Positions 19,762 through 27,788 of a stretch of DNA of 64,000 nucleotides are shown piece by piece. Position 1 is the first letter of the stretch. The number at the start of each line of letters is the position of its first letter. Source of the DNA: an uncultured Gemmatimonadales bacterium (GTDB lineage: Bacteria; Gemmatimonadota; Gemmatimonadetes; Palauibacterales; Palauibacteraceae); NCBI GenBank assembly GCA_963783385.1, contig CAWANJ010000009.1:192001-256000 (forward strand), written 5' to 3'. The notes beneath the pieces were generated by a model, which had not been told where the DNA came from, did no database searches, and was given only the letters and a program-made list of their open reading frames with translations. The translations under genes were made by a program, and so were the position numbers.

Positions 19762-19831
19762 CGGCGAGGCGAGGTGGGTCGCCGCACCGGGCGATCTCCA
19801 GGTCCCGGACTCCAGTCGGAGGAGGTAGGCC

Positions 19832-20260
19832 ATGGCACGCGTGCGCAGGGTTCTCGCAGGAGTTTCGGTCGTCGTGCTGGCCGCGTGCGCCTCGGGGACG
19901 GGCGGTTCGGGAGGCGGCTCGGCTACGGGTAGCGTGATCACCGCCCGCGACCTGGACGGTACGACCTGGACGACGGCCTACCAGGTGCTGCAGAACAACC
20001 ACAATCTGCGGGTCACCGACCAGGGAGTGTTCCTGCGGAACCGCGGGCCGCTCACCATCAATGCGTCCAACCAGGACCTCAGCATGCTGCTGGTCCTCGA
20101 TGGTACCCAGATCCACCGGGGCGTGCCCGACATCCTGCGCTCGATCGACGTCCACCAGATCGTGAGCATCCGCATCCTCACGGGCGGCGAGGCCGGGGGC
20201 CGTTACGGGAGTGACGGGGGCAACGGCGTGCTGATAGTCCAGACACAGCGCCGGAGCTGA
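19832..20260 (+). CDS. Small lipoprotein resembling a stand-alone TonB-receptor plug domain
   Basis: RBS GGAGG, lipobox LAAC, VIT..DL, LLVLDG, LRSIDVHQIVSIRIL...RYG...NGVLIVQT. Confidence 0.6.
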   Translation: MARVRRVLAGVSVVVLAACASGTGGSGGGSATGSVITARDLDGTTWTTAYQVLQNNHNLRVTDQGVFLRNRGPLTINASNQDLSMLLVLDGTQIHRGVPDILRSIDVHQIVSIRILTGGEAGGRYGSDGGNGVLIVQTQRRS

Positions 20261-20280
20261 CGGGCACCGAGCCCTCCGAT

Positions 20281-20454
20281 CCAACCGGCCGTGTGAAGAC
20301 GCGCCTCGCCCTCTGCCTCGGGGAGCTGGGCGCGGCGGCCCTCTACCGGTCGTTCCTCGACGACATGACCGGAGCGGGGCGCGCCCTCGGGCTCCACGTC
20401 CACCGTCTTCCCGCGTGGTACGACGTGGGCCGGCACTGGGAGTCCCTGGCGTGA
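20281..20454 (+). pseudogene. Internally deleted remnant of a DUF2064/TIGR04282 glycosyltransferase-like gene
   Basis: One frame reads PTGRVKTRLALCLGELGAAALYRSFLDD directly joined to GRALGLHVHRLPAWYDVG. The stop overlaps the next start (GTGA 20451-20454). Confidence 0.65.
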
Positions 20455-21380
20455 GCCGGGAGCCGGGCCCCCGTTCGCGGGCCGGTGCGCTGCGGGCGTC
20501 CCCGGGTCTCGTGCTGGGGCTGTTCGGCGTCTCGTGGTCGGCGGTGCTCATCCGGCTCGCGGCCGTCGAGACCCCGGTGGCCGTCCTGTGGCGCATCCTG
20601 TTCTCGCTGGTCCTCGTTCTCCCCCTGGCCCTGAGGGAGGCATCGCGCCGGGCTCTCGGGAGTCTCTCGGCCCGGGCGTGGGGAGCGCTCGCCCTGTCGG
20701 GCGGCTGTCTGGCCGCGCACCTGCTGCTCTGGTTCGCCTCCGTCGAGAGGACGAGCGTGGCCAGCGCGACCGTGCTCGTGGCCGTCACGCCCGTGTTCGT
20801 GGCGCTCCTGTCGGCGGTCTGGCTGCGCGAGCCTCCCACGGCGCGCGAGTGGGAGGGTATCGGGCTCGCCGTGATCGGGTCGGCCATCGTGGGCTGGCGA
20901 GACATCGGGGCCGGCCCGGGCGTGCTTCGGGGAGACCTGCTGGCGCTCCTGGCCGCGGGGGCTGCGGCCCTGTACTTCGTCCTCGGGAGGAGGCTGCGCC
21001 GCCGCCTCGGCCTGTGGAGCTACGTCGCGCCGGTGTACGTCGTGGCGGCGCTGGTCAGCCTGGCCGTGGCGCGTGCAGGCGGATCGCCCCTCACCGGTTT
21101 CAGGCCGGCGGCATGGGGCTGGCTGGCCGCCATGGCGGCTGGACCCATGCTCCTGGGACACACCAGCTTCAACTGGGCGCTGGAGTACGTCAGGGCCTAT
21201 GTTGTGAGCCTGGTGATGCTTCTGGAGCCCGTCACGGCGACGCTGCTGGCCGTACTGGTCCTCGGACCCGGTGAGATGCCGCCTCCCGTGGCGGCCGCCG
21301 GCGCCGTGGCCATCCTGGCCGGCGTCGCCGTGGTGCTCCGGAGCCGGACGAGGTCCAGGAGTACGGAGGCAGCGGCGTGA
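20451..21380 (+). CDS. DMT/EamA family transporter
   Basis: About 10 hydrophobic segments in two repeats; TSVASATVL, GDLLAL, GHTSFNWAL, LLEPV. Confidence 0.9.
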   Translation: MSREPGPRSRAGALRASPGLVLGLFGVSWSAVLIRLAAVETPVAVLWRILFSLVLVLPLALREASRRALGSLSARAWGALALSGGCLAAHLLLWFASVERTSVASATVLVAVTPVFVALLSAVWLREPPTAREWEGIGLAVIGSAIVGWRDIGAGPGVLRGDLLALLAAGAAALYFVLGRRLRRRLGLWSYVAPVYVVAALVSLAVARAGGSPLTGFRPAAWGWLAAMAAGPMLLGHTSFNWALEYVRAYVVSLVMLLEPVTATLLAVLVLGPGEMPPPVAAAGAVAILAGVAVVLRSRTRSRSTEAAA

Positions 21381-22399
21381 GCGAGGCGGGCGGACGGGTC
21401 CGCGTGTCGCGGGGGGACGAGACCGAGTCGATCCACCGGGTCGACGCGGTGGTGGTCGGACGGAGCCCGGGCGAGGAGGTCCGGTTCGGGGACCCGGACC
21501 ACCTCGCCTTCTGGCGCTCGGCGTTCAAGCCGTTCCAGGCCCTGCCCCTGGTGGAGGATGGCGTGGCCGCGGTGCTGGGCTGGGGCCCCCGCGAGCTCGC
21601 CCTGGCCGCCGCGTCCCACTCCGGGACGCCCGCGCACGTCCAGCTGGCGGCCGCCATGCTCGCCGACGCCGGCCTGTCCCCGGGAGACCTGGAGTGCGGT
21701 GCCCACCCGCCCTACGACCGGGAGTCGGCGGAAGCCGTGCTGCGCGAAGGGGCGGGGTACACGCCGCTCCACAACAATTGCTCCGGCAAGCACGCCGGCA
21801 TGCTGGCCCTGGCCGTGCACCACGGTTGGCCGACGGCGGGCTACATCGAGGCGGGGCACCCCGTCCAGGCACGCATCCGCGAGGGACTGGACCGGTGGCT
21901 GGATGTCGATCCGGATTCGTTGGAGTGGGCCCGCGACGGCTGCGGCGTACCGACGGCGTATCTCAGCCTGCGCCAGATGGCCCGGGCGTACGCGCGACTC
22001 GGCCGGGCCGCGGAGGCGGGCGAGGAGGCGCCGCAGGCTATTGTCGGTGCGATGAGGGCGCACCCGGACCTTGTCGCCGGCCCGGGGCGGTCGGTCACGC
22101 GGATCATGCAGGACACGGCGGGACGCCTGCTGGCGAAAGAGGGAGCCGAGGGGGTGTTCTGCGTGGCGGCTCCGGCCGAGGGATGGGGCCTGGCGCTCAA
22201 GGTCGTCGATGGGGCGACGCGGGCCGCCGGGCCGGCGCTCGTGGAGATCCTCTCGTCGCTGGGGTTGTTGTCGGCGTCGGAGCTCGACCGCCTGGTCGAT
22301 GTCGGCTGTCCGTCCGTGCGCAACGTGATGGGGGTGGAGGTCGGGCTCATCACGGCCCACATGCATGGGACGGTGGCGCCCGTGGCCGGAGGGCCGTGA
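21377..22399 (+). CDS. L-asparaginase II (Rhizobium etli-type, class 3) family protein
   Basis: RSAFKPFQA, ASHSG, NNCSGKHAG, DGCG, AKEGAEG, KVVDG. Confidence 0.88.
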   Translation: MSEAGGRVRVSRGDETESIHRVDAVVVGRSPGEEVRFGDPDHLAFWRSAFKPFQALPLVEDGVAAVLGWGPRELALAAASHSGTPAHVQLAAAMLADAGLSPGDLECGAHPPYDRESAEAVLREGAGYTPLHNNCSGKHAGMLALAVHHGWPTAGYIEAGHPVQARIREGLDRWLDVDPDSLEWARDGCGVPTAYLSLRQMARAYARLGRAAEAGEEAPQAIVGAMRAHPDLVAGPGRSVTRIMQDTAGRLLAKEGAEGVFCVAAPAEGWGLALKVVDGATRAAGPALVEILSSLGLLSASELDRLVDVGCPSVRNVMGVEVGLITAHMHGTVAPVAGGP

Positions 22400-23061
22400 C
22401 GGGCGCGAGTGGATCGGACTCGGGCGAGAGCGTCCTCGTGGAGATCTCGGCGGCCCTCGGCGCGGGGGGCGGACCGCAGCTCGAGAAAGTCCTGGCTCGG
22501 GCCCGGGACGCCGTGGTTGCGGGGGAGCTCGAGGCTCGGGCGGTCGAGGAAGGGCTTCTCCAGGCTTACCTGTTCGTGGGCTTCCCGGGCGTGCTCGAGG
22601 CCTTCTCCGCCTGGCGCGGAGCCGTGCCGGACGAGGGGCGCCCGGCCGAGTCGGACGGGGATACGGGGAACCGGGAGGCCCGGCATGAGGAGCGGGGGCG
22701 CCGGGTGTGCCGGGCCGTGTACGGGTCCGCCTACGATCGCCTCCGGGCCAATGTCCGCCGGCTGCACCCGGACCTCGACCGATGGATGATCCGCGAAGGC
22801 TACGGGAAGGTGCTCGGGCGTCCGGGCCTCGATCTGGCGGAGCGCGAGCTGTGCATCGTGGCGCTGCTCGCCGCCGCGGGCAGGGGCCCGCAGCTCCATT
22901 CTCACCTGCGTGGCGCGCTTCGCAACGGGGCCGGGGCCGCCCGGACGAGGGCCGCGCTCGAGGCGGGTCTGGCCCGGCTCGTCGATCCGGCCAGGCGCGA
23001 CGAGCTCGAGTCCCTGTGGGATCGAGTGCTGCGCTCGGCCCGGGGGGACGGCGACGTGTGA
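22396..23061 (+). CDS. Carboxymuconolactone decarboxylase/AhpD-like protein
   Basis: GTG overlaps the previous stop; LQAYLFVGFP, YGKVLGRPGLD..ERELC, QLHSHLRGALRNGA. Confidence 0.8.
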   Translation: MTGASGSDSGESVLVEISAALGAGGGPQLEKVLARARDAVVAGELEARAVEEGLLQAYLFVGFPGVLEAFSAWRGAVPDEGRPAESDGDTGNREARHEERGRRVCRAVYGSAYDRLRANVRRLHPDLDRWMIREGYGKVLGRPGLDLAERELCIVALLAAAGRGPQLHSHLRGALRNGAGAARTRAALEAGLARLVDPARRDELESLWDRVLRSARGDGDV

Positions 23062-23139
23062 GCGCGGCGCGGAAGTCCGTCGGAGCGTGGCTCCGCCGGG
23101 CCGGCGTCCGCCGGGCCCGTCGATCCGTGGCCTCTCGTG

Positions 23140-23175
23140 TATCACATGATATCAATACATTGAACATACGGTATG
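23140..23175. promoter_or_regulatory. AT-rich patch of three adjacent inverted repeats upstream of obgE
   Basis: TATCA-CA-TGATA, TCAAT-AC-ATTGA, CATAC-G-GTATG. Confidence 0.5.
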
Positions 23176-23209
23176 ACATGCTCGTAGAACGGACCAAAGA
23201 TCGTCTCGT

Positions 23210-24256
23210 ATGACCTTCGTCGACCGGACCGAGATCGAGGTCGAGGCGGGGAGCGGCGGGGACGGCGCGCTCGCCTTCCGGCGCGAGAAGGGCGTGCCGC
23301 GCGGCGGGCCGGCCGGAGGGGACGGCGGGCGCGGGGGCGACGTCGTGCTGGTCGCCGACCCCAACCTGGACACCCTGCTCGACTACCGATACCGGAGCGT
23401 GTACCGGGCGGGGCGGGGCGGCAACGGAGGGGGGAGCCGTCGAACGGGAGCCGACGGCGACGAGCTCGTCCTGCCGGTGCCCCCGGGGACCGTGGCCGTG
23501 GACGCCGCATCCGGACGCAGGCTCCGCGAGCTGCTCGAGGAGGGGGACCGGCTCGTCGTGGCCCGCGGTGGGCGCGGAGGGCGGGGCAACGCGGCCTTCG
23601 CCACCGCCACGCGGCAGGCGCCGCGGCGACACGAGGAGGGAGAGCCGGGCGAGAGCCTGCGGGTGGTGCTCGAGCTCAAGCTGATCGCCGACGTGGGACT
23701 GGTGGGTCAGCCGAACGCGGGCAAGTCGACGCTGTTGTCGCGTCTGTCGGCGGCCCGCCCGAAGGTGGCGTCGTATCCGTTCACCACCCTGCAGCCGGGG
23801 CTGGGCGTGGTGGCGCTGTCGGGCGAGCGCTCCTTCGTCATGGCCGACATCCCGGGGCTCATCGAGGGCGCCCACGAGGGCCGGGGCCTCGGAACCCGGT
23901 TCCTCAGGCACGTGGAGCGTACGCGGACGCTCGCCTTCCTGGTCCCGGTGGACGACCCTGACCCGGCGACGACGTACGAGCTGCTGCGGGCCGAGCTCCG
24001 CGGCCACGACGCGGCCCTCACGCGGCTGCCGCACTGCGTTGTCCTCAGCAAGGCGGACCTCCTGGCTCCCGGGGAGGAGCCGCCCGCGCTCGAGGCGCCG
24101 GACGCCTGGGGCATGTTCACGGTCTCCGCGGTCAGCGGGCGCGGCCTCGACCGTCTGGCCGAGGCCCTGTGGGAGCGGGTCCGAGAGGAGAAGGAGCGTG
24201 CCAGTGCCCGCCGGGGCGAGGAACCCTTCCCGGAGCTCGAGGAGTGGACGCCCTAG
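23210..24256 (+). CDS. obgE: GTPase ObgE/CgtA
   Basis: FVD, FRREK, Gly-rich Obg fold, GQPNAGKST, YPFTT, DIPG, SKAD. Confidence 0.97.
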   Translation: MTFVDRTEIEVEAGSGGDGALAFRREKGVPRGGPAGGDGGRGGDVVLVADPNLDTLLDYRYRSVYRAGRGGNGGGSRRTGADGDELVLPVPPGTVAVDAASGRRLRELLEEGDRLVVARGGRGGRGNAAFATATRQAPRRHEEGEPGESLRVVLELKLIADVGLVGQPNAGKSTLLSRLSAARPKVASYPFTTLQPGLGVVALSGERSFVMADIPGLIEGAHEGRGLGTRFLRHVERTRTLAFLVPVDDPDPATTYELLRAELRGHDAALTRLPHCVVLSKADLLAPGEEPPALEAPDAWGMFTVSAVSGRGLDRLAEALWERVREEKERASARRGEEPFPELEEWTP

Positions 24257-24258
24257 GC

Positions 24259-25457
24259 GTGGTCGGCCGCCCGAGCGCGGGCGGGTCCGACCGCGCCGAG
24301 CGGGCCGAGCTGTGCGCTGCCCTGGCGCTGGCCGGGGTGGAGGGTCTCGGTCCGGCGGGCGCGCGGCGCCTCCTCGACCTGCACGGCTCTCCCCGGGCCG
24401 TGCTGACGAGGGCCGGGGGGCCGGGGAGCCTCGATCCGGACCCCCCGCCGGGCCTTCGGCGTCCGGGGCGTCGCGTGGAGGAGCGGCTGCGGCGTGTCCG
24501 GTCCGTGCCCGAGACACGCCTCCACGAGCTCGACGCGGCCGGCATTCGCGTGGTCCGCTACGGCGGACCCGGCTATCCGCCCATCCTGGGCGACCTTCAC
24601 CATCCGCCCATCGTCCTCTACCTCCAGGGACCGCTGCCCCTCCCCGTGGAACGGGCGGTCGCCGTGGTGGGAACCCGGCGCGCCACGGAGTATGGGCGGA
24701 GGCTGGCCCGGGACCTGGCGGGCGATCTCGCCGCGTCGGGCGTGTGCGTCGTGAGCGGCATGGCCCGGGGGATCGACGGTGCGGCCCACCGGGCCGCGCT
24801 GGACGCCGGGGGACCCACGGCCGGGGTCGTGGCCGGCGGTCTCGACGTGGAGTACCCGGCCGCCCACAGGTCCCTGTTCGCCGCCATGCGCGAGCGTGGC
24901 GTGCTGGCCAGCGAGTTTCCGCCCGGCACCCGTCCGGAGGCGGGCCTGTTCCCCCGCCGGAACCGCATCATCGCGGCTCTGGGCCGGGTCACGGTGGTCG
25001 TCCAGGCCGGCCGCCCCAGCGGAGCGCTCATCACCGCATCGCATGCGCTGGAGCTGGGGCGGGAGGTGGGCGCGGTTCCCGGCCCGGTGGGGCCCGAGGC
25101 CAGCGCGGGCGTCCACGCGTTGCTGCGTGATGGGGCGGCGGTGGTGACGTCGGCGGCCGACGTGCTGGAGCTGCTCGACGGGCTCGGGGGCGCGGCTCGG
25201 GTCGGGGGGCTCGCTGCGTCGACCCGGACGCGCTCCCCGGGGCCGGGGCGCTTCCCGATGCCGACCGCGCGCCGGCCGGGCGCGTGTGGGCGGCGGTATC
25301 GGAGGGGCCGTGCCCCGGCGACGTTCTGGCAGAGCGATCCGGGCTGCCGCATCCGGCGGCTCGCGCGCTCCTGGATCGCCTCGAGTTGGCCGGGATCCTC
25401 GGGGCGCTGCCGGGCGATCGGTACGAGCGTCGACGCTTCCGGACGGAGGCGAGGTGA
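24259..25457 (+). CDS. dprA: DNA-processing protein DprA (apparent frameshift near G runs ~25185-25210)
   Basis: AVVGTR, VSGMARGIDG, FPRRNRIIA, SGALITA. A shifted frame gives the C-terminal winged helix VLAERSGL...LDRLELAG...LPGDRY, ending at TGA 25455-25457, which overlaps the hemW start. Confidence 0.9.
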
Positions 25458-26740
25458 GCCCTTCGGTCCACGCCGTTCCGCTGCTGCCGCCGGCCGGGGA
25501 GCGCCCGGCTCTCCCGCCGCTGCGCGGTGTGGCGGCGCCTCGATCGGTCTATGTGCACGTGCCCTTCTGTCGCCACCGGTGCGACTACTGCGCCTTCTCG
25601 GTGGCGCGCGCCGCCGCGCCCCCCGTCGAGGCCTGGTTGGACGCCGTGCGGCGAGAGCTGGAACTCTGGTTCGAAGTGGCCGGATGGACGGACCGGATCG
25701 AGCTGGACACGATCTACGTGGGCGGAGGCACGCCCTCGCTACTGGGGTGCGCCGGCATGGAGCGGCTCGCCGTCCTCCTGGGGGAGCGCTTCCGCTGGGA
25801 CCCGGCCACGGTGGAATGGACGGCCGAGGCCAACCCCACGTCCCTGCACGTGGACGTGGCCCGGAAGTGGCGGGACGTGGGCGTCAACCGGCTCAGCCTG
25901 GGCGTACAGGCGTTCGACGACGAGGTGCTGGCCTGGCTGGGCCGCGAGCACGACGCCGCCGGGGCCCGGCGCGCCGTCGAGCGAGGTCGGGCGGCGGGAT
26001 TCGAGAATCTGAACGTGGATCTCCTGTTCGGCCTTCCCGAGGACATCCCCCGGACGTGGCGCCGTGAGGTGGTGGAGGCGCGGGACCTGGGGGTGGGTCA
26101 CCTGAGCCTGTACGGGCTCTCGGCGGAGCCCCGCACGCCCCTGGGCCGCCGCGTGGAGCTGGGGCGCACCCTGATGCCGGGGGACGAACCGTACGCCCGG
26201 GACTACCTGGTGGCCGTCGATGTCCTCTCCGACGTGGGCTACGTTCACTACGAGGTGTCCAACTTCGCTCGCCCGGGACTCGAGTGCCGCCACAACTGGT
26301 GCTACTGGGACGGCGCGGCGTACCTTGGTCTCGGCCCTTCGGCCCATACGTTTCTCCCACCGTATCGGATCTGGAACGTGTTCCGCTGGGACGCGTATCG
26401 TAGGGCGGTGACCAGCGTGGCCGCGACCAAGGCCGTCCCGATCGGGACGGGCGGAGGCGCGGCCTCGCTGCGCGAGGGATGGGAGGAGGTCCGGGGCCAT
26501 CTGGCGCGGCTGGAACGGTTGTGGCTCGGTCTGCGGACGCGCCGCGGACTCTCCCGGGCCGACCCGGCCTGGCGATCGGCGGCGAGCGGGTCCGGCGATC
26601 GATTGGCCCGCTGGATGCGGGCGGGCTGGGTCCGCGAGGTGGACGATCGGCATGGCCGGAGGATTCGTCTGACGCCCACGGGGTGGATGCGCATGGACGA
26701 GCTGGTGACACGGCTCGCCGGAGAACGACGGGAACGCTGA
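25454..26740 (+). CDS. hemW: Radical SAM heme chaperone HemW
   Basis: YVHVPFCRHRCDYC, GGGTPS, EANP, NRLSLGVQ, YEVSNF, HNWCYW; directly upstream of hrcA. Confidence 0.9.
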   Translation: MSPSVHAVPLLPPAGERPALPPLRGVAAPRSVYVHVPFCRHRCDYCAFSVARAAAPPVEAWLDAVRRELELWFEVAGWTDRIELDTIYVGGGTPSLLGCAGMERLAVLLGERFRWDPATVEWTAEANPTSLHVDVARKWRDVGVNRLSLGVQAFDDEVLAWLGREHDAAGARRAVERGRAAGFENLNVDLLFGLPEDIPRTWRREVVEARDLGVGHLSLYGLSAEPRTPLGRRVELGRTLMPGDEPYARDYLVAVDVLSDVGYVHYEVSNFARPGLECRHNWCYWDGAAYLGLGPSAHTFLPPYRIWNVFRWDAYRRAVTSVAATKAVPIGTGGGAASLREGWEEVRGHLARLERLWLGLRTRRGLSRADPAWRSAASGSGDRLARWMRAGWVREVDDRHGRRIRLTPTGWMRMDELVTRLAGERRER

Positions 26741-27786
26741 TGGAGGAGAAGCTCACCGAACGGGAGCGCGCGGTGCTCCTGGCCGTCATCCAGTCCTACG
26801 TACTCACGGCCGAGCCCACCGGCTCGCGTGTCGTGGCGCGGGACTGCGGCCTCGGCGTGTCCCCCGCCACCGTGCGCAACACCATGGCGGACCTGGAGGA
26901 GAAGGGGCTTCTCACCCATCCACATCCGTCCGCCGGCCGGCTTCCGACGGACCGCGCGTACCGCTACTACGTGGATGGCTTCATGGCGCGTCGACCCCTG
27001 TCGGAGAAGGAGCGGGACCGGATCCGACAGGAGCTGGCCGCCAGCGCGGAGGTGGGCGCCATCGACGAGCTCGTGGGCCGGGCCGCCCGGGTGCTGAGCC
27101 TCCTCACCGGAGAGCTCGGCCTGGCGGTGGGCCCGGCGCTGGCCTCCGCGGTGCTGCAGCGCCTGGAGCTGGTGCCGGTCGACTCGGAGAAGGCGCTCCT
27201 CGTGCTCACGCTCGAGTCGGGCCTCGTCCGGACCCTGTACGTGGACCTGCCCACGCGGCTGCCCCGGGAGAGCCTGTCCGCCGTGGCCACCGCGCTCAAC
27301 GAGCGGCTGGCCGGGACGACCCTGGAGGAGATCCGCGACGAGCTGACCGAACGACTCCGCGACCTGCCGATCGACCATCCGGCCGCACGCCAGCTGGTGA
27401 ACATCTTCGTGGGATCGGGGCCGGAGATTTTCGACTGGGCGGTGCAGGGAAGGGACGTTCATCTGGGGAGCGCCGCGGCGCTGGCGGAGCAACCCGAGTT
27501 CACGACCGGCGACCGGCTGCGGGCGCTCATCGAGCTCACCGAGCGGCGTGAGCTCCTGGCCTCGATCCTGGGGGAGCGCCTCAAGGCCGGCGAGCCCCAG
27601 GTGACCATCGGGGCGGAGCACAGCACGCCCGAGCTCAGCGAGCTCACGATCGTGACGGCGCCGTACTCGATCGGCGCGCTCCACGGCGTGGTCGGTGTGA
27701 TCGGACCCACGCGCATGGCGTACGAGAAGATCGTGTCCGTCGTGGACACGACGTCGTCGCTCGTCTCCAGCCTCGCGAGGCGCTGA
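26740..27786 (+). CDS. hrcA: Heat-inducible transcription repressor HrcA
   Basis: EPTGSR, SPATVRNTMADLE, PHPSAGRLPT..YRYYVD, GVIGPTRMAY. Confidence 0.96.
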   Translation: MEEKLTERERAVLLAVIQSYVLTAEPTGSRVVARDCGLGVSPATVRNTMADLEEKGLLTHPHPSAGRLPTDRAYRYYVDGFMARRPLSEKERDRIRQELAASAEVGAIDELVGRAARVLSLLTGELGLAVGPALASAVLQRLELVPVDSEKALLVLTLESGLVRTLYVDLPTRLPRESLSAVATALNERLAGTTLEEIRDELTERLRDLPIDHPAARQLVNIFVGSGPEIFDWAVQGRDVHLGSAAALAEQPEFTTGDRLRALIELTERRELLASILGERLKAGEPQVTIGAEHSTPELSELTIVTAPYSIGALHGVVGVIGPTRMAYEKIVSVVDTTSSLVSSLARR

Positions 27787-27788
27787 CG

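Noticed and set aside
23159-23186. dif-like site on the minus strand (TACGAGCATGT-CATACC-GTATGTTCAAT; 9/11 match to the E. coli XerD arm, 5/11 to the XerC arm)
   Set aside because: The inner CATAA/TTATG symmetry is broken, and housekeeping genes keep the same strand on both sides, giving no sign of a terminus. Whole-genome GC skew would be needed to revive the idea.
24169-26067. Apparent 632-aa DprA with a long novel C-terminal domain
   Set aside because: This is a frameshift artefact. The shifted frame gives the normal winged-helix end at 25457, and the extension overlaps hemW.
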